A DNA stretch of 64,000 nt, from positions 16,281 through 80,280 of the forward strand of contig DSEQ01000009.1 of the NCBI GenBank assembly GCA_011056555.1, written 5' to 3'. Within the stretch, counting starts at the first letter, position 1, and each line of letters begins with the position of its first letter. The stretch comes from Candidatus Zixiibacteriota bacterium. Lineage in GTDB: Bacteria; Zixibacteria; MSB-5A5; JAABVY01. Below are positions 32,055-40,508 of this stretch, one piece after another. The notes beneath the pieces were generated by a model. That model was not told the DNA's origin, ran no database searches, and was given only the letters and a program-made list of their open reading frames with translations. A program made the translations under genes and the position numbers.

Positions 32055-33362
32055 ATGAATAGACCTGAATCATATCATGCTAATACCGTATGGGTTTTTA
32101 TTCTGACGCTCGTCGTTTTTACGGTTGTTTCCGTTCCGGCATTCTGTTACGAGATCGACACAACAAGAGTCCGCGAGAAGCCCGAAGAGAATATAACATT
32201 CGGGGAGGCGGTGCTGGCTGCGCCGTCATTCATCCTGAATCTCCCCTTCTGGGTGCTGAAAAATGTGTCCGATTTCACGGTAAACGAAATCGTCTATTCC
32301 AAACCCATTCAGGCGCTTTTTGCTTTGAAACTCAGGCCAATTTGGGGATTCTACCCCACAGGGGGCTATAATTCCAACGCCGGCGTTAAAGCTGGAATTG
32401 TCTATAGAGTAAAAGATCTTCTCTCGGAGGAGGAGGATTTTAAGGTCAAAGCCTCCTACTCCACCCACGACTACCAGACCTACAGCCTGAGATACAAGAT
32501 CATGCCTCAGAATTCCATATTCAATGAAGTGCATTTCAATTTTAGTTATAGACAGAAGCCCCGCGAAAGCTTTTATGGCATCGGTAACAGGACCTCAGAT
32601 GACAATGAGGTTGCCTTTAACCTCGAAAACGGATTCATGGGCTTCGGCTGGAACCATGAGATTTCCAGTCAGTTCTCAACCGGAGTTGACTTCTCCTACC
32701 GGATACTGAATATCTATGACGGGCAGGACCCATCATTGACCGGCTCTCTCGATTCTATCCAAGCAAAATTCGATCTCAGCGAGGATGAGCTGGCGAATGC
32801 ACGTGTTCTGACTGTGGGCATGAACCTGAAATATGATTGGCGCGACCACCCCGGGCAGACCACATCTGGAGGATACCACGCCCTTGAGCTGTCCTACAAC
32901 AGGGGCAGAGGACAACTTCAAGACCTTGAATATTTCCTGGCTTCGGTTAGTCTATATCAATTCATTCACATTTACAGGCAAAGAGTGCTGGTTCTTAATT
33001 TCCGCACGGAGACCATTGGCAAAACCGATGGATCGCCGGATTTGCCATTTTATCTGAGACCAGCACTGGGTGGTGAAGAGAGTCTGCATGGATATAAGGA
33101 GCATCGCTTCATAGATAATACAACCATGCTGGCGGCGGTAGAATACCGCTTTCCCCTCTTGCAGGGTGTGGACGGCTTATTGTTTTTTGAAGAGGGTAGA
33201 GTTTTTGATGATTTTTCTAAGGATTTCGATCTGAAAAACTGGCATTATTCTACCGGCATCGGTATCAGGTTGTGGGATCAGGAAGGCCTGAGATTAAACG
33301 GCTATGCTGCTTTCAGCAAAGAGAGTCCGCAATTTTACGTGCATTTGTCCGAAACACTCTAA
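32055..33362 (+). CDS. Omp85/bacterial surface antigen (D15) family outer-membrane barrel without recognisable POTRA domains
   Basis: 435 aa with an N-terminal signal-like helix. The C-terminal region LRPALGGEESLHGYKEHRFIDNTTMLAAVEYRFPL...STGIGIRL resembles the conserved Omp85 barrel end. Alternating beta-strand pattern throughout. Confidence 0.7.
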   Translation: MNRPESYHANTVWVFILTLVVFTVVSVPAFCYEIDTTRVREKPEENITFGEAVLAAPSFILNLPFWVLKNVSDFTVNEIVYSKPIQALFALKLRPIWGFYPTGGYNSNAGVKAGIVYRVKDLLSEEEDFKVKASYSTHDYQTYSLRYKIMPQNSIFNEVHFNFSYRQKPRESFYGIGNRTSDDNEVAFNLENGFMGFGWNHEISSQFSTGVDFSYRILNIYDGQDPSLTGSLDSIQAKFDLSEDELANARVLTVGMNLKYDWRDHPGQTTSGGYHALELSYNRGRGQLQDLEYFLASVSLYQFIHIYRQRVLVLNFRTETIGKTDGSPDLPFYLRPALGGEESLHGYKEHRFIDNTTMLAAVEYRFPLLQGVDGLLFFEEGRVFDDFSKDFDLKNWHYSTGIGIRLWDQEGLRLNGYAAFSKESPQFYVHLSETL

Positions 33363-33373
33363 GGATGCACATT

Positions 33374-35086
33374 ATGAAAAATTATATGAAAATATCTTTA
33401 TTGCTGCTGTCACTGATGCTTATGCTGGGTTGCAGCGGCTACAAACCAGTCTTGCAACCGGAGGGTCCCTACTGGGTTGACGACGATAAACAGGATATCC
33501 CGGAACCATCATCCAAGGACCCAAACTTAGCCTGGATGTCCATCAAGCGTTCCAGCTTCGACCAGATTGAAGACGGCCTCGATCTGGAACGGAATTTCAG
33601 GATTCTATCCGATGAGCGTGAAGAAGCGGCCAATATCAACAGTTTCGACGAGGTTCCCAACTGCACCTGGTTCACCAACCGTCATGGTTTCGCACGCATG
33701 ACTCCGGACGAGATCGCCGAAGGAGTCGATCTCACGCCGGGACCGGACACAAGCGGACCATGGCTTGTATTTCGTCCTAAGGTGCAGGGTACCACTCCCG
33801 GTTTCTGGATCGAGGATTCACGGGGAGATCAATATGTCATCAAATTCGACCCGAAGGGGTATCCTGAGATGGCTACGGCGGCGGCCGCCATGGCTTCCCG
33901 ATATTTCCATGCTTGCGGTTATAATGTGCCCCAGGAAACAATTGTATATTATCGTCCCGAAATCCTTCAGGTCAAAGAAGGGGTGAAGTTTGAAGACAAA
34001 GCTGGTGTGAAACGTGAATTCACTCAGCAGGACTTAGAGGATATTCTTAAACGAGTACATCACGAGCCGGACGGGAGAATTCGGTCACTGGCCTCGCTTT
34101 CTCTGGGAATTCATGGTAAAATCAAGGGCCCTTTCAGCTATAGCGGAAGACGGAGCGATGATCCCAATGACTGGTTCGATCACCAGGACAGGCGGGAATT
34201 GCGCGGGCTGTATGTCATCGGATCGTTCATAAATCATTATGACCTGAAGGACCAGAATTCCCTCGATATCTATGTGGAGGAAAACGGAAATAAATTTCTA
34301 AAGCATTTCCTGATCGATTTCGGTTCCACCTTCGGCTCTGACGGCCAGGGGCCAAAGCCGCCTATTAAGGGCTATGCCAATATGATCGATCTTCGTGACG
34401 CCTTCGTATCCCTGATAACTGTCGGCCTCAAGACATGGGACTGGCGGGGAGGTGGCGAGGTAATCTACCCATCCATCGGCTATTTCGAAGCGGATATCTT
34501 TCAGCCCGATAAGTTCGATCCGATCTACCCCAATCCCGCTTTTGAGGACAAAACCGACCGCGACTGCTACTGGGGAGCCAAAATCGTTATGGCATTCCGC
34601 GACAGTGATTTACGCGCCCTGATCGAAACCGGGCAGTATTCCAATCCCCAAGCCGAGGAATATCTGTTCGAAACCCTGAAAAAGCGCCGCGACAAGATTG
34701 GACGATTCTGGTTTTCAAAGGTCAATCCCCTGGATTATTTTGAAACGGAATATGCTGGCAGTGATCTCAGAATCAGGTTCGATGACCTGGGAATCAAATA
34801 CGAGCTCTGGCCCCAAGATGCGGTCTATGACTATGAAATCAGATACGGCAAGGAACTTATCCGCAAGGATCGGGTTAAAACTGGCGAAATAATTCTGACA
34901 CAGGATGATTTAAATCGCATGACCTCGGCATTTAAAGCCACGGATAAAAAAGAGGATTATATTTACAGGATGGATATCAGAACCACCAGAGGGAATGGTG
35001 ATCCGAGCAAGCCAACCCGATTGCATTTCTGGTATCATCATGATGAAAATAAATTCTCATTGGTGGGAGTCGAACATCTGGATTGA
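33374..35086 (+). CDS. Lipoprotein with a protein-kinase-like (PKL) fold signature
   Basis: Lipobox LMLGCSG (Cys codon at 33431). Kinase-like motifs are QYVIKF (Lys at 33842-33844), HYDLKDQN (34235-34258) and IDFG (DFG at 34316-34324). I chose the start at 33374 (AAGGA lies 8 nt upstream); 33365 and 33386 are alternatives. The track ORF start at 33272 overlaps the upstream gene. Confidence 0.6.
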   Translation: MKNYMKISLLLLSLMLMLGCSGYKPVLQPEGPYWVDDDKQDIPEPSSKDPNLAWMSIKRSSFDQIEDGLDLERNFRILSDEREEAANINSFDEVPNCTWFTNRHGFARMTPDEIAEGVDLTPGPDTSGPWLVFRPKVQGTTPGFWIEDSRGDQYVIKFDPKGYPEMATAAAAMASRYFHACGYNVPQETIVYYRPEILQVKEGVKFEDKAGVKREFTQQDLEDILKRVHHEPDGRIRSLASLSLGIHGKIKGPFSYSGRRSDDPNDWFDHQDRRELRGLYVIGSFINHYDLKDQNSLDIYVEENGNKFLKHFLIDFGSTFGSDGQGPKPPIKGYANMIDLRDAFVSLITVGLKTWDWRGGGEVIYPSIGYFEADIFQPDKFDPIYPNPAFEDKTDRDCYWGAKIVMAFRDSDLRALIETGQYSNPQAEEYLFETLKKRRDKIGRFWFSKVNPLDYFETEYAGSDLRIRFDDLGIKYELWPQDAVYDYEIRYGKELIRKDRVKTGEIILTQDDLNRMTSAFKATDKKEDYIYRMDIRTTRGNGDPSKPTRLHFWYHHDENKFSLVGVEHLD

Positions 35087-35089
35087 TTT

Positions 35090-36319
35090 GTGATCATGAA
35101 GGTAAGTATTTTTATACCCATATCAATTTTATGCCTGTTTCAGGCATTCACATCTCTCCATGCAGAATCCAATGATCCACATGCAATCAGTGGAAGTGAT
35201 TTTGATCATTTAATGAATATCCAGAATGTTGAATTACAGAATAAACTCGAGAATATATTTCCCGAGAGTGAAGGTTATCTGGTAAGCGGACCTCTGTGCG
35301 ACGATACGTTCGAGGACTCTGCGTATTTTTATTGCGGTGCGGTCAGGGTTATTTGCCCAAACCTTAAACTATATAAGCAAGGTATAGACATAGCCGCCGG
35401 CATGGACAGTCTCACTGCAATTACAGATTATCCGGATCCAAGCGGATCATACTATGCCTTTGAAAAATATTATACTTATCATAATGGTAACCTGGTCGAT
35501 ACGTTCAAGTTTGAAACCGCAAATTCCGTTCGGTACGAGCTTGCCTTAAATAAGGAGCTGATATTCAGCCCGCTTCGAAGTGATGTCATCCGCATGCCCG
35601 ATTCAGAACGTAAGGAAATGCATGATTATTTCCTTCAATATGACTCCGGGAATATTCCGGCAGAGCAGCTTTACATACATTACGTACCCTATATCATCGA
35701 GGGCTATCAGAATTACAAAGAGTTCCTTTTAAGTCATGCCGAGATCGATCTCGATTTCATAAGCGGCGTGACCGCCTTTGTACCCACTGAAGAAACTCTG
35801 CAATGGTTCAGGGAGAATGCTCCGCAGGAGGCATATCCCAATAAGGAAGCGTCCAAATTTGAGGAGGAAATTCATGAATTCTTCGAGCGCGGCGGTGATT
35901 TGCGCGTCATCCAGACTTTAACGAAAGAAGGCTTCGACACACTTCAAAGCGGGGAATATTTCTATGCTGTCAGCCCTGCATACAAAATTCGTTTTGGACG
36001 GGAGCTTTTGCGCGAGGAGGTCAAACGTATCGAAGAGGAAACGGGCAAGAAGGTCCCGCGCGCCAATCATGCCTTTTTATTCCCGGGCGAAGCGGTACTG
36101 ACCGCCGGGGCTTTCTGGATAGATACAGACAAGGAAAACAAGCTGGTCAAGGTCAATGCCCAGTCCGGCCATTATTTCTACAGCAATGTTTCCCCGACTA
36201 TCCGCGAGGATATCTCCGAACGTTCCGACCATTACCTGACCACGCTGGGTCATTTTTTCAAGGCCCTTGACAGCCTGCAAATTCCCTGCGATAAGATTCT
36301 CATAAGTAAACTCCAATGA
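35090..36319 (+). CDS. Hypothetical secreted protein (signal peptide, no recognisable domain), visibly AT-rich
   Basis: The N-terminal VSIFIPISILCLFQAFTSLHAESN looks like a signal peptide. The start is GTG at 35090 or ATG at 35096, 3-9 nt after the upstream stop. The ORF is long, with several Cys residues consistent with a periplasmic protein. Confidence 0.5.
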   Translation: MIMKVSIFIPISILCLFQAFTSLHAESNDPHAISGSDFDHLMNIQNVELQNKLENIFPESEGYLVSGPLCDDTFEDSAYFYCGAVRVICPNLKLYKQGIDIAAGMDSLTAITDYPDPSGSYYAFEKYYTYHNGNLVDTFKFETANSVRYELALNKELIFSPLRSDVIRMPDSERKEMHDYFLQYDSGNIPAEQLYIHYVPYIIEGYQNYKEFLLSHAEIDLDFISGVTAFVPTEETLQWFRENAPQEAYPNKEASKFEEEIHEFFERGGDLRVIQTLTKEGFDTLQSGEYFYAVSPAYKIRFGRELLREEVKRIEEETGKKVPRANHAFLFPGEAVLTAGAFWIDTDKENKLVKVNAQSGHYFYSNVSPTIREDISERSDHYLTTLGHFFKALDSLQIPCDKILISKLQ

Positions 36320-36340
36320 TGGCTTGAGCGGTAAGCGGAT

Positions 36341-37192
36341 ATGAAAAAAGTCGGCAGTTACAAGATATTATTGATTCTATCCATACTCTTTTTCTCCTTC
36401 CGGCCTTTACCGGCAGACGACCGTGAATATCTCTCCAGCACAGAGATCACTGGCATATCGGCCGGCTCGATTGCGCTGGGAGCCGCGGGGCTGTGGGCAC
36501 TCGATTTCGATAGCACCCGTCGTCCGGTAATTTCAGGCCCGGCGCCATGGGAAGAGTCGATTCAGCGTTTTCTGGGCGGGAGATACTATCCGGGCAAAAC
36601 CAACTGGCTGGACCACAGCTTCGGCTCTTCCATAACTCCCATTTTGATGGGCGGTTTGCTTCTGGGCGCCGATATCAGCTGGCCCCGGTATGATCGCGCC
36701 AAAGATGTCTGGCAGGATATGTTTTTGTACGGCGCGGGCCTTCTTGCAACCAAAGGCGTTACCGGGATCACCAAGGGTTTCTTCGCACGTCCGCGTCCCA
36801 TGGTCGCGCTTGAGCCTGAGCTTTACAACCGGAATAAAAATAATGATTACGCCCAGGATCGGGCTTCATTCTTCTCGGGTCATACCTCCAGCGCCTTTTT
36901 CTCCACCGCTTTTCTGAATATGCGCATCCGCCAGATCATGCGCCAGGAGATGACCTATAATGACTACAAGGACTGGCGCTGGCTGCCGCCGACAATCCTG
37001 TTCGGCTGGGCCTCCTACGTGGGCTACACCCGTATCGATGCTTATAAACACTATATAACCGATGTTGTTTTTGGAGCTCTGGCAGGATGGGTGATGGCGG
37101 AGCTGTTTTATCATTTCGGCGACAATATAGAAAAGCCCCGGGACTCATCATCAAGGGGCAAGGTTCTATTCAAAATAGGATTCAGCTTTTAG
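36341..37192 (+). CDS. PAP2-family (type 2 phosphatidic acid phosphatase-like) membrane phosphatase
   Basis: All three PAP2 motifs are present: KGFFARPRP (KxxxxxxRP), SGH (FFSGHTS) and RIDAYKHYITD (SRxxxxxHxxxD-like). Several TM helices. Confidence 0.8.
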   Translation: MKKVGSYKILLILSILFFSFRPLPADDREYLSSTEITGISAGSIALGAAGLWALDFDSTRRPVISGPAPWEESIQRFLGGRYYPGKTNWLDHSFGSSITPILMGGLLLGADISWPRYDRAKDVWQDMFLYGAGLLATKGVTGITKGFFARPRPMVALEPELYNRNKNNDYAQDRASFFSGHTSSAFFSTAFLNMRIRQIMRQEMTYNDYKDWRWLPPTILFGWASYVGYTRIDAYKHYITDVVFGALAGWVMAELFYHFGDNIEKPRDSSSRGKVLFKIGFSF

Positions 37193-37671
37193 ATAAATGT
37201 CTTCACGATCTCGGTCTGCAAACCCTGAAGCTCACCATAGGCCTTATTGATTTCCGCTATCTTCTCCTCCAGCTTTTTCATGAGCTTTTGTCTTTCGATG
37301 CCATTCCGAAGAACGATCAGGAGATCATCATTATCCCACGGTTTCTCAATATACTGGAACAGTCCGACGTCATTTATAGCCTTGATTGCATTTTCCTTGT
37401 CGGCATAACCGGTCAGAATAATACGAGGCACCTGGGGCCGCATCTCCTTGACCTTTGCCAGAAAGGATATCCCATCCATCTCCGGCATCAGATAATCGGA
37501 AATCACCACATCAATCTCATTCTTCTTGATATATTCCAGCGCGTCTTTCGCTGAGGTGAAGGTCTCGACAGTGTATTCCGTCTCGAGGCTCAAGAATGAA
37601 TTGAGGCTCGTCAGGACCATCTCTTCATCATCAACGATTACGACCGTGCTTTTCTCCTTATCATCAACCAT
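37189..37671 (-). CDS. Single-domain response regulator (REC) with a C-terminal coiled-coil
   Basis: VVIVDDEE...VVISDYLMPEMDG...ILTGYADKENAIKAIN contains the phospho-acceptor Asp context. The product is 160 aa. Confidence 0.85.
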   Translation of the reverse strand: MVDDKEKSTVVIVDDEEMVLTSLNSFLSLETEYTVETFTSAKDALEYIKKNEIDVVISDYLMPEMDGISFLAKVKEMRPQVPRIILTGYADKENAIKAINDVGLFQYIEKPWDNDDLLIVLRNGIERQKLMKKLEEKIAEINKAYGELQGLQTEIVKTFI

Positions 37672-37673
37672 CT

Positions 37674-38900
37674 CTATCTCCTGTCTGTGTTAATTTCGAT
37701 TCCGAACAGTGTAACATCATCACTATACACCCCGCCATTAAAATCACCCAGGGACTCCGCCAGGCCATTAATTATTTCCCCGCAGGCGGAGCTGCCTAAT
37801 TTCTTCAAGACTTCGGGCAGATTTTTGCTTTCAAAAAAGTCTCCATCCTTGTTGACCGCCTCGGTCAGTCCGTCAGTATATAATATCAAACTGTTGCCCG
37901 GGTCAAGCATTACTGCTTTATCCGGCCCCGGCTTATACATTTCCGGTCTTATAAAGCCCAGCATCATACCGTTAGACGCAACCAGTTCCGATTTGTTTTC
38001 CTGCTTGCGAATAAGATACGGATAAGTCAAGCCGCCGTTAGATATGGTGATCTCCCTTTTGCCCGGATCGATCCTGGCAACCAGTGCCGCCACATAGAGT
38101 TCCTCCGGGAGGCCCTTCTCCAGGATTTCGTTCATGCCGCTCAGGATTTGCGAGGGTTGATGGTTTCCTCCGGCAAATGATACGAAGGCGAATTTCAGAA
38201 GCGCGGTGCTCAGAGCCGCCTGTATGCCATGCCCGGTGGCATCCGCCACCAATACCGACCAGCAGCCGTCCTGCATCGGTATGATATCATAAAAATCACC
38301 GCCAATCTCTATCGCCGGCTTATAGTAAGTTTCAAATTTCACGCCGTCAATTTGGGGAAGTTTACGCGGCAGCAATGCCTGCTGGAGCTTGCGGGCAAGC
38401 TTCAGCTCACGTGCAATCATATTGTTGTGTTCAAAGAGCTCATCACGATGTCTCAGGACTTCATCCAGCTCCTTGATCTTCATGTGCAGATGCTCTCTCA
38501 GGCTCTTGGATTCAATAGCATTTTTGAGAACCAGCTTAAGCTGTTCATTGTCCCATGGTTTTTCCAGGTACTGGAACAGGCTTACCTCGTTGATGGCCTT
38601 GATGGCATTTTCCTTGTCGGCATAACCGGTAAGAAGAATCCGGGGCAGGTCGGGATACATTTCCCGCACTGCACTCAAAAACTGCAGACCGTTCATATCC
38701 GGCATCAGGAAATCGGATATAACCACATCCACCGGCTTCTGCTTCAGCCGCTCCAGAGCCTCATGCGGTGACTGGTAGCCGATCACATTGTATTCGGTCT
38801 CCAGTTCCAGAAAAGATCCCAGGCTCTGCACCACAATCTCATCGTCATCGACCAGCATTATGGTTTTTGACGATCTCTCATCCATATTACTATCGCTCAT
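37674..38900 (-). CDS. Response regulator fused to a PP2C/SpoIIE-type phosphatase (RsbU-like)
   Basis: The N-terminal REC domain is paralogous to the downstream gene. The C-terminal part has GGDFYDIIP...LVADATGHGIQAAL...LYTDGLTEA, which are SpoIIE/PP2C motifs. Confidence 0.9.
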   Translation of the reverse strand: MSDSNMDERSSKTIMLVDDDEIVVQSLGSFLELETEYNVIGYQSPHEALERLKQKPVDVVISDFLMPDMNGLQFLSAVREMYPDLPRILLTGYADKENAIKAINEVSLFQYLEKPWDNEQLKLVLKNAIESKSLREHLHMKIKELDEVLRHRDELFEHNNMIARELKLARKLQQALLPRKLPQIDGVKFETYYKPAIEIGGDFYDIIPMQDGCWSVLVADATGHGIQAALSTALLKFAFVSFAGGNHQPSQILSGMNEILEKGLPEELYVAALVARIDPGKREITISNGGLTYPYLIRKQENKSELVASNGMMLGFIRPEMYKPGPDKAVMLDPGNSLILYTDGLTEAVNKDGDFFESKNLPEVLKKLGSSACGEIINGLAESLGDFNGGVYSDDVTLFGIEINTDRR

Positions 38901-40480
38901 CGTCCTCGAATTGGAATTATGATTCTGAAGGTTGTACCCTGATTCACTCTGGATTCGACCTCGATTCGGCCCTTATGGTCCTCAGTTATCTGGTGAACGA
39001 TCGAAAGCCCCAGGCCGGTTCCGACCCCGGCGCCTTTGGTTGTATATCCCGGATCAAATACCCGTTCCAGTTTATCCTCGGGAATTCCGCGGCCGGTATC
39101 GGAAAATTCAATAACAGCATCGCCGCCCTGGCGGCGTGTTCTGATAATAATCTTACCTTTATCCTCGATAGCCTGGCTGGCATTGACCAGTATATTCATA
39201 AAGACCTGGTTAAGCTGGTTGGGATAGCAGCTTATCTTCGGCAAATCCCCATAATCCTTTTCAACTTCCACCCGATCCTTGAGCTGGTGATGCACCAGTG
39301 TCAACGTATTTTCTATGCCGTCATGGATATTTACAGTATCCATTTCCGCCTGGTCGAGGCGGGCGAATTTGCGCAGGCTGCTGACAATATTGATTATTCG
39401 GGAAGAGGCTGTTTTATTGATCCGGGTGAGATCTTCCATATTTTCCAACAGCTTACCGAGCTGCTTGCTTTCACGAAATTCGGTCGGCGCAGCAGAATCG
39501 GAGACCATGGCCTTCAGCTTCTCGATAGAGCGGATGAAAAGATCGTTGTTGCTGTTGAGTGCTCCCAATGGCGTATTGATTTCGTGGGCTACGCCCGCCA
39601 CCAGATTACCGAGGGCAGCCATTTTTTCCGCCTGCACCAGCTGCGTCTGTTTCTGTCGCAGCTCCCTTGTCCGTTCCTCCACCTTCTGCTCGAGCTCCTC
39701 GTTAGCTTTTTTCAGCTCCTGCTCAAGCCGGTATCGGGTCGTAACGTCCTGCACAATATTCAGTTCGCGCCAGTTATGTTTAATATCCCGAAAATAGCCG
39801 GTGGTGAACTGGTAAACTCTGTTGTTGGGAAATATCCTCTCCTCCACATAGACGCCGTCCTCGCTCAGGATCTGCTCGCTTTCCACCCGCTGATCGTCAA
39901 TAGACTGCTCCCAACCGCATGGGCAGCCCTCATCCCGGGCCCGGTCAAAAATCTCTTTCAGCTTTTTATTCTCAAATTCAACTTTCGGTTCGCCATTTAT
40001 ATTCTTACGTACCCCCAGACCGACCGGCATTAGATCAAGAATATATTCATAATATTCGCGCAGGCGTCTATTCTCCCTCTGCAAAAGAACGCGACTTGTT
40101 ATGTCACGGCAAATACGCTGAATGATCTTCTTGTCCCCGTAATTTATGACTCCTGCGGAAATTTCTATATCCAGGAGGGTCTTATCTTTTCGCAGAAAAT
40201 GCAGTTCGCCGGTATAGCCCTTACCGCTTTCCACCACCTGGTTAAAAAGCCGCCTGGATTCCTCCCACTCAGATTCGGGATGGAGTTCCCAGACTTTCTT
40301 ACCCACTAACTCGTCAACGCTGAAGCCGGTCAGCTTCTCGGCCCTGAGATTCGCCTCCAGTATGGTGCCGTCAGCCGGTTCGATCGAAAAGATGGCGTCG
40401 CTGGCCATCTCGATCATCTTGCGGTATTTCTCTTCCGACTCCCGCAGGCTTTTTAAATCGGAGTTATCTGCCTTAACCAT
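38897..40480 (-). CDS. PAS-domain sensor histidine kinase
   Basis: Two PAS-like segments, the HisKA H-box AGVAHEINTPLGAL, and an HATPase_c domain with an N box (NILVNASQA) and G boxes (DTGRGI, GTGLGLS). Confidence 0.9.
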   Translation of the reverse strand: MVKADNSDLKSLRESEEKYRKMIEMASDAIFSIEPADGTILEANLRAEKLTGFSVDELVGKKVWELHPESEWEESRRLFNQVVESGKGYTGELHFLRKDKTLLDIEISAGVINYGDKKIIQRICRDITSRVLLQRENRRLREYYEYILDLMPVGLGVRKNINGEPKVEFENKKLKEIFDRARDEGCPCGWEQSIDDQRVESEQILSEDGVYVEERIFPNNRVYQFTTGYFRDIKHNWRELNIVQDVTTRYRLEQELKKANEELEQKVEERTRELRQKQTQLVQAEKMAALGNLVAGVAHEINTPLGALNSNNDLFIRSIEKLKAMVSDSAAPTEFRESKQLGKLLENMEDLTRINKTASSRIINIVSSLRKFARLDQAEMDTVNIHDGIENTLTLVHHQLKDRVEVEKDYGDLPKISCYPNQLNQVFMNILVNASQAIEDKGKIIIRTRRQGGDAVIEFSDTGRGIPEDKLERVFDPGYTTKGAGVGTGLGLSIVHQITEDHKGRIEVESRVNQGTTFRIIIPIRGR

Positions 40481-40508
40481 ATTTTCATATCCGGTCCCGG
40501 CGCCGATG

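Noticed and set aside
33272-33373. Track start of the lipoprotein ORF at 33272
   Set aside because: That start would overlap the Omp85 gene by 91 nt and put 30+ non-signal residues before the lipobox. An ATG at 33374 with an AAGGA Shine-Dalgarno gives a normal lipoprotein signal peptide.
38768-40033. 421-aa plus-strand ORF
   Set aside because: It is entirely antisense to the histidine kinase and REC-PP2C genes, which carry clear H-box, HATPase and PP2C motifs. It has no Shine-Dalgarno or motif of its own.
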